Shown here: positions 12,915-23,603 of the stretch, in pieces
Layout: every line of letters starts with the position of its first letter
Position numbering within the stretch: position 1 is the stretch's first letter
NCBI RefSeq assembly: GCF_000142905.1
Contig: NW_013657643.1
Location: forward strand, 1 to 64,000
Length of the DNA stretch: 64,000 bases
Reading direction: 5' to 3'
Origin: Thecamonas trahens ATCC 50062
Taxonomy: Eukaryota; Protista; Apusomonadida
Notes under the pieces: generated by a model
What the model was told of the DNA's origin: nothing
The model's input: only the letters and a program-made list of their open reading frames with translations
Databases searched by the model: none
Made by a program: the position numbers and the translations under genes

Positions 12915-13868
12915 ATGGCCACTCACCTCTCTGGCCGGCGACAGATGGCACGCCCGCGTAAGGATACGATCAACTTGGACAGTCTGATGGACGCGTTTGC
13001 GTGGGATGACGGTGAGATGGCCCGGGCGACGGCGTCGTCCGGAACGACCAACTACGTGTCGGCCGAGCTCTCGGGCCCGTTGCCGGACAAGTCCAAGTCT
13101 GTGACGACCAACGTGGACCTTGGGGGCTTTGACGACGCGCTTAACTCGCTCATGAACGGGCTCTCGGGTCTCGGCGGAGTGGTTGGCGAGGGCCTGTTCA
13201 AGCCGTGCGAGACGTGCGGGCTCAATGTGCCCGAGGTCGACGTCATCGACCTCGCCGGCCGCTTTTACCACCCGCAGTGCGCCCCGGTTTGCCCCAAGTG
13301 CGCCGAGCCTGTCGACCCCAAGCAGCTTGTGGAGAAGAACTCGGACGCAATCGCCGAGATCAACGCCAAGATCACAAAGGAGAACAAGGCACTCAACGGC
13401 ATGAAGGCCATGAAGGGCCTCTACCCGGACGGCTCGCGCGAGGCCAAAGACGTCGAGCGCCAGATCCACGAGGCCGAAGGCAACGTGCGCCGCTTTGAGA
13501 AGCGGCTGGCCAAGCTCAATGATGTCGGGACCGGCTTTGTCTTTGTTCGCCAGCAGTTCTACCACCCGCAGTGCTTCCAGTGCGCCGTCCCCAATTGTAC
13601 CTACGAGATGGTCTCGGACGAGTTCCTCGACCCCAATACTGGCAAACCCATCTGCCGCTACCACTTTTTCGACATGCAGGGCCTCATCTGCTCCGTCTGC
13701 GACGAGCCCATCGACGTGCTGCTTAACCAGCAGTCTGTGGCCGTCGGCGACGCCCGCTTCCACTCGGCCTGCTTCAAGTGCACCCGCTGCCGCAAGCCCA
13801 TCAAGCAGTTCCGCAAGGGCCCGGACACCAAGATCTACTGCAAGGAGTGCCACACCATGGTCTTTTAG
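12915..13868 (+). CDS. LIM-domain protein with an HR1-like coiled-coil insertion
   Basis: CxxC..HxxC/CxxC..CxxH/C zinc knuckles (FYHPQCFQC, FHSACFKCTRC..YCKEC); ~65 aa helical insert between CPKC and FYHPQC. Confidence 0.88.
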   Translation: MATHLSGRRQMARPRKDTINLDSLMDAFAWDDGEMARATASSGTTNYVSAELSGPLPDKSKSVTTNVDLGGFDDALNSLMNGLSGLGGVVGEGLFKPCETCGLNVPEVDVIDLAGRFYHPQCAPVCPKCAEPVDPKQLVEKNSDAIAEINAKITKENKALNGMKAMKGLYPDGSREAKDVERQIHEAEGNVRRFEKRLAKLNDVGTGFVFVRQQFYHPQCFQCAVPNCTYEMVSDEFLDPNTGKPICRYHFFDMQGLICSVCDEPIDVLLNQQSVAVGDARFHSACFKCTRCRKPIKQFRKGPDTKIYCKECHTMVF

Positions 13869-14181
13869 CCAGCCTTGTTGTACCTCTCCTCGCTCCGCCC
13901 CTTGCTCGCCGGCTCGACCCCCCCCCTCCCCCCCTATCCCCCAACTCGCCTGCCTCCCCTCTCCCCGGCCTGCCTGTACATCTCTGCACGCCCCGTCTCA
14001 CCCGTCAAAGGTACACCCGCAAAGATCACAACCTTCCCGCAGCCCCCCAGCCCCCCAGCCCCAGCCCCAGCCCCAGCCCACAAGCCCGCGTGCAGCACCC
14101 CCACGCTCACCCCCACCCCCACACCACCTCACCTCACCCCACACCACCTCACCCCCCACCCCCCACCCCACCCTCTCACCC

Positions 14182-15605
14182 ATGCCACCTTCCACCACCC
14201 TCTCCCTCGTCCTCATCTCCCTCGTCCTCTCCCTCTCCCTCTCCACTACCACTGCCTCGTCGCCTTGCACAGGCACAGTTCTCTGGTACGCTCCTCCTCC
14301 TCCTCCTCCTCGACTTCTCCCAAACGAGCAAACGAGTCCTCCCCTCCTCCTCTCCTCGGAACGAACGAACGAACGAGTAACTCACAACTCCCGTCGGATC
14401 GCTATTCTTGCCGTCTGCCACCATCTCACTCACGGTGTGGCTCTTGCTGCCGACGCTGCAGTCGGACTGAGCCCACCGGAGATGCACCCGCGGGAACTCT
14501 AGTCCTTGCGGGGCACCCGGCCAACCCGGGGCAGAGGGACACTGAGTCCCTCGCCCTTGGCCCGGGTGTGCCCCTATGGGGCGTGTTATGTTTGGTACGT
14601 CCTCCCTTCTCCTTGGTTCCCCCCCTCCTCCCCTCCTCCCGGATGGCGCGTATTTTCCACCATCCACCACCACCCCCCCCTCCCTCCAGCCACCCCATGG
14701 CTACCCAAGCAGACACATGATGAAAGAATACATACAACATACATCTTAGGACACTTATGAGCCCAAAGGGCTGAGATCAGAATTGTTTTCCAACCTGATG
14801 TCTTGCTATCTCGCCTTGTCCACACGGCCCCCCCTCCCCCCCTTTGGCTGCCCGCCGAGGATTCTGGGGATGGCGGTCGGTGGTTACGGTGAAACTTTTT
14901 TTTCTCCCTTCTGCTTCCTCCTCCTCCTCCTCCATGTAGACTCACAGCAACGACCGACGACAACAGTGTAATGCCTCCAAAGCTCTCGACACCCGACTTC
15001 ACGTGGTGATGTGCAGGACGATGCAGTGTGCTGGGTCTGCAGAACTGATCTGTAGATCCATCGCTCCGCGCGTGTGGGCGCTACCGCGCTCCGCCGCAGA
15101 CAGCCACCTGCTGCCGCCGCACGCACCGCTGTCGACGCCCAAGCACGCTGCCGCTAACCGCGGCGCGGCTTCGTCGACGCGCTCTCAGCCGCAGACGACG
15201 CTGATGTCGTCTCCGCCGCCGCCGCCGCCACCCCAGTCCCGGCCTCCGCCCCCGGTCTTCTCCGGACAGGGCAAGGTTGTGATCATTGTGGTCGGCGCGG
15301 TTGTCGGGCTTGCGCTCGTGGTCATGGCCGTCGGCTTGGTCCTGTGTCTGCGCGTCCGCTCCGGACGCCGCGGCTACGACGAGCTGGCCGGCCGCATCGA
15401 CGAGGCTTCGCGGGAGGCGCCGACTCGGCACAACCCGCTCGATTGGCCCCCGTCCACAACGCCGTACACCAAGTTTGACGCCGACTTTCGGCCGCTGCCC
15501 AAGTTCTGGCGCATGGGAACCGATCCCGCCAGCGGCAAGCCGTTCTACTTTCAGCGTCAGACCCGTGTTCGCTCCAAGCGCAGGCCCAAGAGCGTGTACA
15601 AGTAG
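14182..15605 (+). CDS. Single-pass membrane protein with cytosolic WW-like domain; exons 14182-14285, 14462-14594, 14940-15605
   Basis: Signal peptide MPPSTTLSLVLISLVLSLSL; two GTACG..AG introns keep frame; TM VVIIVVGAVVGLALVVMAVGLVLCL; PLPKFWRMGTDPASGKPFYF. Confidence 0.65.
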
Positions 15606-15748
15606 CGGTCCCATCGAGAGCGTGTATTCCACGCGAGGACCCGCTTTGTATGTATTAATGAACAAGCATCAACACCAATCAATCTGCTGGGTGTGTGCCA
15701 CCGTGCCGGCTGCGCCTCGGTGCCGACTGCGCCCTCCGTGCCTGATGC

Positions 15749-16453
15749 CTACGCCTCACTTCCCACGTCTACGTACGCCAGCTCGGTGAGCGTGGCGACG
15801 TTGACAGGGTCGATCCACGCCGGCGAGTTGGACTCGGCCCATGCGTCCACCACAGCAGAGGCACTCTCCGGCTCGACGTCCGCGTCCTCGCCATACAGCG
15901 CGACAACGAGCTCGTCGTCGAGCAGCGTCCGCTTCCGCGCCCGCGACCGCGTGTACTGCATGACCATCGCGTCGACGGCGTCCATTGTCTCGAGCATCCG
16001 TGCCTCGAGCGCCTCGTTCACGCCTTCCACCCCCAGCACGGTCTCAATCGCGGCCACAGCCGCCCGCCCGGCCTTCTCCATCGCCTCCAACACGGCATCG
16101 AGCGGCTCGGCCGCCTTGCGGGTCCGACTCACAAGCAACTCCATCCTCTGGCGAATCCGCGCACGCACCCGCACTCGCCCGCCGGAATGCCGATCTAGCA
16201 GCGTCGAGCCATCCATCGCCGTCAGTGACTCTGCACTCTCCGAGCCGACCACTCCCCCAGCCTCCATAAACGCTGCCGCCGTCGTCACCGACCGCCTCGC
16301 CGGCCCGCTACTACTCAGCGCCGCCAGCGATGCCCGCCGCTCCGCCAACGTCGCCACACCCTGCAGACTCTTGTACACCGCCAGGTGGTGGTAGTCCCAT
16401 CCTGCCACCGCCTCGGCGAGCGCAGACAACGCCGTCTGAATGGCCTCACTCAT
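15749..16453 (-). CDS. Helical protein resembling C1orf109/AIRIM family
   Basis: Pattern W..SLQGVATLAE ... MLETMDAVDAMVMQYTRSRARKRTLL ... AVVDAW recalls C1orf109; recognition from memory only. Confidence 0.5.
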   Translation of the reverse strand: MSEAIQTALSALAEAVAGWDYHHLAVYKSLQGVATLAERRASLAALSSSGPARRSVTTAAAFMEAGGVVGSESAESLTAMDGSTLLDRHSGGRVRVRARIRQRMELLVSRTRKAAEPLDAVLEAMEKAGRAAVAAIETVLGVEGVNEALEARMLETMDAVDAMVMQYTRSRARKRTLLDDELVVALYGEDADVEPESASAVVDAWAESNSPAWIDPVNVATLTELAYVDVGSEA

Positions 16454-16565
16454 ATGCCCTCGCGCCAAGTCGAGTCTGCCGTCTGCTGCCTCCCCCCTCC
16501 CCCCCCCCCCCCCCCCCCTCCCCCGGCCACACACACAGGCGTCATTGACCGACACCTCTCCGCCC

Positions 16566-18004
16566 ATGCCGCCCTGCCCACCCAGACTCATCACCCTCAC
16601 CCTCACCCTCGTCCTCGTCCTTGCCATCTCCTCTGCTACCGCACACATCCCCGTCGTGCACTATCATGGCGTAGAGACGTTCACAGAGCTGGCCGCCGCC
16701 GGACTGCCTGTCGTCGTCCGCGGCTCGCCGATGGCCGCGTGGGTCGCTGCTGGAGACTGGACACCTGAGGCCGTCATGGCTCGCGCCGGCAGGGCTACCA
16801 AGGTACTGGCCAAGATTGGCGAGTCACAGAGCCCGTGGTTCTACAAAGGATGCTGCCCGGCGAGCCAGATTGCTCTGGCCGATGTCCTCATCCCGCCCAT
16901 CTCGGCACTCGACGTGGCCGACGACGACAGCCCCGGCTCGGAGATCTACTACTACGCCTCGTATCTGCGCGGACCGCTCTTGCCTCTTGCTGCTGTGCTG
17001 GACGATGCAGATGCTGCTGGTGTCTATGTTCGCGGCTCGCATCCAGACTCGCGCGGACACCAGTTCTGGACTGGCTCGCCGTCCGCCACCACCCTGCTGC
17101 ACTACGATCCGGTCCACAATGTGTATGCACAGCTACACGGGCGGAAGCGGTTTGCGCTTGCGCCGTCACAAGCCTGGCCCCATCTTGGCGTCTTTCCCCG
17201 CCACCACATGCAGCACCGCGATGCCCGCTTTGCCCGCTCGCACAAGCTTGAGCTCGAGATCGTCGATCTTGTCGCTGGCGACGTCCTCTACCTCCCGCCA
17301 GGCACCTTTCACCAGGTCTCGGCCCTCGCTGACTCGGACGGCCCCTCGATCTCGGTCAACTTTTGGTCGGGCGTGGCGCTTGTTGAGGACCTGGATGCGC
17401 TGTGGGAGCTTCCGCTTGCTTTGCGCCGCCCCAGATCCCGCTCTCGCCCCGGATCCCATGCTCGGCGGTGGCGTCGCTGCTTGACGCCCTCGCCGCCGCT
17501 GCCTCGCCGCACCTTGCCTTTGCCCCGTACTCCTCCCTCCGCGCTGCTCTCCGCACCATGTATCCGCCCGAGGGCGTCATCGAGACCCCGACGACCTCGC
17601 CATTTCGTCCGGTCTACGGCTCCGAGGCCAGCAATCCCGACCTCAAGCACCACGCCGGGCTCATCCGCCAGCACGCCCGCGCTACGGCCGCAGGGCTGGC
17701 TCGCCCGCTCCACCGCCCAGCTCACCAGTGTCGGCTTGATCTCGACTTGGTCACCGCTTTTCCGGCTCGGGCTGCCGATGCCCTCGACGTCGCTGCCACT
17801 TCCGCCCTCGCTGACGCCTTTGCCCGTCTCGCCGCTCGCGATGATGCCCAGCGCGCACCAGGCCTCGTCGCCATGTACATCGGCCACTACCTCGACGACA
17901 TGCTCTCTCTCCTCTACGGCATGGACGCCGCCTCCTCCATCGCCCACATCATCCTCTCCGCCCCTCCACCCGCATCACCACCTACACCCCAACCCACCCC
18001 ATAG
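16566..18004 (+). CDS. Signal-peptide-bearing JmjC/cupin-8 2OG-Fe(II) hydroxylase (one -1 frameshift at ~17421)
   Basis: TLLHYDPVHNVYAQLHGRKRF and GDVLYLPPGTFHQV give the HxD..H triad; hydrophobic N-terminus; C-terminus continues in the 17402-18004 frame. Confidence 0.85.
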
Positions 18005-18264
18005 CACTCCAACGAGTAAACGCTCATGCCAATCCGATCGCCTTCCTCGCCGCCCGCCGCCCTCGCCGCCCGCCGCCTCCCCGCCCGCCACTTCGCGCCC
18101 ACTGGCACCACCCCCACCTGACTGCGCGCCATGTCCTCCCGCCACGGCCACGCCCGCCAGGCCCTCTCCCGCACAGCCATGGTACGACCACCCCACCCCA
18201 CCCCATCCCTCCACCCCCTACCCACCCCCCTCACCACCTCCACTCACTGCCTACCCAGTCCGTG

Positions 18265-20094
18265 ATGGGCTACTCGGCGAGGTATGCCTCCGGCTCCGAG
18301 TCCGCCTCGTCAGCCTCGTCCGACGACTACTATCACCCTGCTCCCGCTCCTGCCACGTCTCGCCGATCGTCCCGAATGTCTCGCCCGCGCACCCGCTACG
18401 ACAGCGACGACGATGATGGGGACTACTACGATGTGCTGGCGGCGTCAGAGCGGGTGTCGAGCGGAAAGACCCGCGTTGAGTTGCGCCTCGACCCTCCGCC
18501 GCCTCGCTCCCGCCGCCCGCCGCCCACACGCTCCTCCCCGCCCACACGCTCCTCGCCCCTTACTGATGAGTACAGTGACTCCAATGAGCAGGACGAGTCA
18601 GCTCGCTTCCGAGCCACTCCCCGCGCTGCCCGCTCCTCGCTGGATGAGGTATATGCTCGTTACGGGAGCCATCGCCAGTTGGCGAGCCCGCCGCGTCAAC
18701 GGGCTGTCGTCGCGCCACTGGCCGAGCCAGCCCCACATGCGCTCGAGGCGGCGCGGATCGAGCTGGCGACGCTCTCGTCGGCGCTGCAGAACAAGTCGGA
18801 AGTTATTGCAGCCCGCGAGGCTCAGCTTGAGACGCGCGAGGCCGATGTATCTCGCCGCGAGGCTGACCTCCACCAACGGATCCTTGATCTGCGCCAGGGC
18901 GAGGACGAGGTCCTCCGCGGCGCGCGCATGGTCGCCAACGCGCAAGCTGAGGCCGATGCCCAGGTGGTCGAGGTTGAGGCTGAGTTTAAGATGGTGCTGG
19001 GTAGGACCCGCGCCCGTCTCGCGAGTGTGGAGGAGGAGTTGGTCCGGGTTCGGGCGCTGGCCAGCAAGCTGAAACGGGCCAAGGCCGAGGCCGAGGAAAA
19101 GGCCGCCAAGCAGCTGGCCGCCACCTCAGAGTCGGAGGCCAAGCTCTCAGCCGCTCGCAAGCGTATCGCCAAGCTTGAGCACAAGCTGATGCTGACCAAG
19201 ACCTCTCCATCGGTGCACTCGCCGCCGTCGGCGTCTCCTGGCCCGACGCCTCCGTCGCCGACACCCGCTTCGCCGTCCAAGCCATCAAGCGCTACAAAGG
19301 CGGCAAGGGCGGCGTACGCGCTGTCGGCGGCGCTGATGACTGTGGCCACGGCGGCACTGGCCGGCGAGCGTGTTCCGCGCGCCCAGCTGGTCGGCTTGGC
19401 TCCACTGCTCGCGCCTGCGGTCCGTCTCACCGCCTCGCGGCCGGCCGACGACCAAGCTGCGCTGCTCCAAATGGTGCTTGCCGTCGAGCGGGCGGCGCTC
19501 TCATCTGATGCCAAGGCGCCGTACTCGGTCCGCAAGCTCGGCGACGACGTCTTTGCCGCGCCGCGCAACAGCTACCTCGCCGCGCTCGAGCCCGAGGTCC
19601 AGGCGCTTGCCGCGCTCGCTGTCATCGGCGCACGCGGCGGCGTCGACAAGGTCTCGGGCGCACTCAACGTCTTGCGCTCGCTTGTCCAGCGCGACTCTGT
19701 CCGTGCGATCCTGCACCAGCACGCTGCGCCGTCGCTGTTCCTCGCCGCGCTGAGCGGCGCAGCGACCGGCCGTGCCGTCTGCCCTCTCTGGTCGCCACTC
19801 GCCGCCGTCCTCCTCTCGCTCGTCTCTGCCGACACCGCCTTTGCCGCCGCCCTCGCCACCCCCGAGTGGATGGACGCTCTCGCGACCGCTGTCCCCGTCA
19901 TCGATCCGCAGGATCTCGACTCGCTCTCGGTCGTCATCCAGAACATCGCTGCCACACCCGCAGGCGCAACCGCCTTTGCCGCCTCCACCCTCAAGCCCGC
20001 CCTCCTCGAACTCCGCCGACACGGCACCCTCTCTGACTTTGCCGGCATGAACATCGACGCCGCTCTTGCTGCATCAACGCCCGCACCCCGCTAA
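18265..20094 (+). CDS. Coiled-coil + ARM-like protein, CCDC138-like
   Basis: Long central coiled coil; C-terminal VRKLGDDVF, LDSLSVVIQNIA and FAGMNIDAAL resemble the CCDC138 C-terminal domain (from memory). Confidence 0.6.
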   Translation: MGYSARYASGSESASSASSDDYYHPAPAPATSRRSSRMSRPRTRYDSDDDDGDYYDVLAASERVSSGKTRVELRLDPPPPRSRRPPPTRSSPPTRSSPLTDEYSDSNEQDESARFRATPRAARSSLDEVYARYGSHRQLASPPRQRAVVAPLAEPAPHALEAARIELATLSSALQNKSEVIAAREAQLETREADVSRREADLHQRILDLRQGEDEVLRGARMVANAQAEADAQVVEVEAEFKMVLGRTRARLASVEEELVRVRALASKLKRAKAEAEEKAAKQLAATSESEAKLSAARKRIAKLEHKLMLTKTSPSVHSPPSASPGPTPPSPTPASPSKPSSATKAARAAYALSAALMTVATAALAGERVPRAQLVGLAPLLAPAVRLTASRPADDQAALLQMVLAVERAALSSDAKAPYSVRKLGDDVFAAPRNSYLAALEPEVQALAALAVIGARGGVDKVSGALNVLRSLVQRDSVRAILHQHAAPSLFLAALSGAATGRAVCPLWSPLAAVLLSLVSADTAFAAALATPEWMDALATAVPVIDPQDLDSLSVVIQNIAATPAGATAFAASTLKPALLELRRHGTLSDFAGMNIDAALAASTPAPR

Positions 20095-20226
20095 ACCCAT
20101 GAACTCCCCGCCCGCCGCCGGCCACCGCCCTCCGCCCGTGACCCGCCGACCAGACTCTGTCGACGTCAGCACACGGCACCCCCTCTCTCCCCCTTTCCAC
20201 TCCCTCCCCCTCCCCCCCTATCCCTT

Positions 20227-22047
20227 ATGACCTCCCCTTCCACCACGATTGATGCCGCCAAGCAGTGGGCGACCTGGTCCCGCGAGGTCGGTGACACTAA
20301 GCGTGCCGACGAGATGGCCGCCCTTGTGGAGGCCGGCGACGAGGAGGCTGTGGCCAGAGCCATGGTCCCGCGCATTGCCTTTGGCACCTCGGGCCTCCGC
20401 GCCAAGATGGCTGCTGGGGCTGCCCATATGAACACTCTGGTTGTCCTCCAGACCACCCAGGGCGTGCTCCGTGTCATGCGCGAGACCGGCGTGCTCGAGG
20501 GCGTGGACAAGCCCGCGGTCTTCATTGCCTACGACGGCCGCCACGAGTCGTATCACTACGCCAAAACGGCGGCCGGCGTCTTCCTCGCCGCCGGCATCTC
20601 GGTCCTCCTCCCGTCAAAGACCATGGCCACGCCGTTTGCCTCGTACTCGATTGCCCATCCGCTCGACTCGGCCCCGGCCCCGCTGGTCGGCATCGTCGTC
20701 ACCGCCTCCCACAACCCGGCCTCGGACAACGGGTACAAAGTGTACTGGGACAACGGCGCCGCCATTCTCCCGCCGCTGGCCACTACCATTTCCGACGCTA
20801 TCACCCGTGATCTTGCTCCCGGCTTTGATCGGGTCCTCCCTGAGGACGTCGTCGCCCACGAGGGCTGCATCGATGTGTACGACGACCTCGTCGCCGCCTA
20901 CATTGCCGCCCTCTCGCACGCGCATCGCATCGACCCGCCGCCGGCTGCGGCCAAGCCCGTCGTCTACACCGCCATGCACGGCGTCGGCACCCCGTTCATT
21001 ACCGCCGCCTTTGCCGCCGTCGGGCAGGAGCCGCCGGTCCTCGTCGCCGAGCAGGCCGAGGCCGACCCGGACTTTTCTACCGTCACCTTCCCCAACCCGG
21101 AGGAGGGTAAGGGTGCGCTGAAGCTGGCCATCGAGACCGCCAACCGCGTCGGTGCCGACCTTGTCCTCGCAAACGACCCTGATGCCGACCGCCTCGCCGT
21201 CGCCGAGCGCGGTGCCGACGGTGAGTTCTACATCTTCAACGGCAACGAGCTCGGCCTGCTGTTTGCGGCTCGGGCGTGGACTCTGCTCCCGGAAGCTGCC
21301 CGCGAGGACCCAAGCTCGCACGTCTTTATCAACACTGTCGTCTCGTCGTCGGCGCTCATGGCGTTTGCCAAGTCGGTCGGAGCCGAGTACGCGAGCACCC
21401 TCACCGGCTTCAAGTACATGGGCAACAAGGCCATCGAGCTGAAGGAGGCCGGTAAGAACGTGGTCTTTACCTACGAGGAGGCCATCGGCTTCCTCCCGGG
21501 CACCATCGTCTTTGACAAGGACGGCATCCAGTCGGCCGTCCTCGCCGCCCAGTACTGGCAGAGCCTCGCCGCCGGCGCCGGCGGCGTCACCACCGGCCTC
21601 TTCCGCACCGAGCTCGACCGCCTCTACGCCACCATTGGCTACTTTTACATCGAGACCCAGTACCACTTTTGCCACGAGCGCAAGACCATCGACGCCATCC
21701 TCGACGCCGTCCGTGACAACGAGGCCTACGCCCGCGATGACTTTGCCGCCGCAGGCTTTGACGTCGTCCGCGTCCGCGACCAGACCACTGGCTTTGACGA
21801 CGGTGAGACCGACGGCAAGACCCGCCTCCCGGTCGGCGACCCCATGATCACCTGGTGGTTCGCCAACGGCGCCGTCGCCACCGTCCGCGCCTCCGGCACC
21901 GAGCCCAAGCTCAAGCGCTACGTCGAGGTCAAGGGCGCGAGCTCCGACAAGGCCGCCGTCGTCGCCGCCCAGAAGAAGCTCGACGACGCCATCGTCTCCA
22001 TCGTCCTCAAGCCCGAGCAGAACGGGCTCATTGCCAAGGGCGAGTAG
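20227..22047 (+). CDS. PGM2: Phosphoglucomutase-2 / phosphopentomutase
   Basis: FGTSGLR, TASHNP (catalytic Ser), FPNPEEG, NDPDADR metal loop, LTGFKY, RASGTEPKLK. Confidence 0.95.
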   Translation: MTSPSTTIDAAKQWATWSREVGDTKRADEMAALVEAGDEEAVARAMVPRIAFGTSGLRAKMAAGAAHMNTLVVLQTTQGVLRVMRETGVLEGVDKPAVFIAYDGRHESYHYAKTAAGVFLAAGISVLLPSKTMATPFASYSIAHPLDSAPAPLVGIVVTASHNPASDNGYKVYWDNGAAILPPLATTISDAITRDLAPGFDRVLPEDVVAHEGCIDVYDDLVAAYIAALSHAHRIDPPPAAAKPVVYTAMHGVGTPFITAAFAAVGQEPPVLVAEQAEADPDFSTVTFPNPEEGKGALKLAIETANRVGADLVLANDPDADRLAVAERGADGEFYIFNGNELGLLFAARAWTLLPEAAREDPSSHVFINTVVSSSALMAFAKSVGAEYASTLTGFKYMGNKAIELKEAGKNVVFTYEEAIGFLPGTIVFDKDGIQSAVLAAQYWQSLAAGAGGVTTGLFRTELDRLYATIGYFYIETQYHFCHERKTIDAILDAVRDNEAYARDDFAAAGFDVVRVRDQTTGFDDGETDGKTRLPVGDPMITWWFANGAVATVRASGTEPKLKRYVEVKGASSDKAAVVAAQKKLDDAIVSIVLKPEQNGLIAKGE

Positions 22048-22062
22048 TCGCACCGCCCTGCC

Positions 22063-22938
22063 TCACCCGCGCATCGCGTCGCCCACCACGCCCACCAACT
22101 CGGCGAGCACGCCAGCGTCTTGAAAGTAAAAGTGTTCGCCGCGGAAGACGTGGACCGCACAGGGCCCGCGCGCCAGCGCCCGCCACTCGGCCTCCATCTC
22201 GTCGGGCGCGATGCGCGCGTCGTGAGCCCCGGCGCAGATCGCCATCGGCACGTCCACCCCGCGGCTCTCCGCCCGCTCGTTGGAATACTCGAGCATGAGC
22301 CGAAAGTCGGTGCGAAGGACAGGCAGAACGAGCGTCTCCATAAACTCCTTCGACGCCAGGATCTCTGGCGGTGTCCCACCCATCGTCACCAGGTACGAGG
22401 TGAGGCCCTCGTCCGTCAGCTCCGAGGCGAGGAGCGACGAGACCGGAAACGCCGACCGGGCCGAGACAATGAGCGCCTTGGGCATCGGCAGAGCGCACAC
22501 AGTCTCCATCGCCACGCCAGCCGCCGCCGCCGCCTCTTCCACCGCTGCTGCCAGCTCGGCATCGGCCCCACTCGCCTTGCCATCGCCGTTCCCGGCACCG
22601 ACCGCCATCAGCGCCCGCACCACCTCGTACGCCAGCGTGGCGCCCATCGAGTGGCCAAACACCACATACTCGCCACCTGCGCCCATTTCAGAGGCCATCG
22701 CCACCACCGCCTCGCCCACAATGCCCGCCACCGACGAAGGATGAGCCTCGCTCATCCGCACCCCGCGACCCGGCAGCTGCAGCGCCCGCCAACTCAGCCG
22801 AGGCGCCGCCCGAGCAAAGGGCACAAACGAGGTCGCCGAGCCACCAGCATGGTGAAAGGCATACACCACACCATCGGACTCTGTGACCTCTCCTCCAGGC
22901 ACCCGCAGCTGCGTAAAGATCTCCTTTTTCTTCGACAT
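22063..22938 (-). CDS. Type II thioesterase (GrsT/RifR/OLAH family)
   Basis: FHHAGGSA, QLPGRGxR, FGHSMGA nucleophile elbow, LPVLRTDF, GEHFY. Confidence 0.9.
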   Translation of the reverse strand: MSKKKEIFTQLRVPGGEVTESDGVVYAFHHAGGSATSFVPFARAAPRLSWRALQLPGRGVRMSEAHPSSVAGIVGEAVVAMASEMGAGGEYVVFGHSMGATLAYEVVRALMAVGAGNGDGKASGADAELAAAVEEAAAAAGVAMETVCALPMPKALIVSARSAFPVSSLLASELTDEGLTSYLVTMGGTPPEILASKEFMETLVLPVLRTDFRLMLEYSNERAESRGVDVPMAICAGAHDARIAPDEMEAEWRALARGPCAVHVFRGEHFYFQDAGVLAELVGVVGDAMRG

Positions 22939-23150
22939 GACCACACCCAGCGCCCAGTTAGAGGAGTGCCAGTCGGTACCGTGGTGGTGGTAGTGGTGGT
23001 GGTGGTGGTGGCCGTGGTGGCCGTGGTCGTCGTGGTTGAGCCCCCTGCCATCGCCACCGCCACCACCACCCGATCCCCTTTCCTGACCAACCTCTCCCTC
23101 CAGCTCTCCCTGTCTGACACCCCCCCTCTCACGCCCCCCCCCCCCCAACC

Positions 23151-23587
23151 NNNNNNNNNNNNNNNNNNNNNNNNNNNNNNNNNNNNNNNNNNNNNNNNNN
23201 NNNNNNNNNNNNNNNNNNNNNNNNNNNNNNNNNNNNNNNNNNNNNNNNNNNNNNNNNNNNNNNNNNNNNNNNNNNNNNNNNNNNNNNNNNNNNNNNNNNN
23301 NNNNNNNNNNNNNNNNNNNNNNNNNNNNNNNNNNNNNNNNNNNNNNNNNNNNNNNNNNNNNNNNNNNNNNNNNNNNNNNNNNNNNNNNNNNNNNNNNNNN
23401 NNNNNNNNNNNNNNNNNNNNNNNNNNNNNNNNNNNNNNNNNNNNNNNNNNNNNNNNNNNNNNNNNNNNNNNNNNNNNNNNNNNNNNNNNNNNNNNNNNNN
23501 NNNNNNNNNNNNNNNNNNNNNNNNNNNNNNNNNNNNNNNNNNNNNNNNNNNNNNNNNNNNNNNNNNNNNNNNNNNNNNNNNNNNNNN
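23151..23587. other. Assembly gap (N run)
   Basis: N run after a poly-C tract. Confidence 1.
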
Positions 23588-23603
23588 CCTCTACCTCCTC
23601 GCC

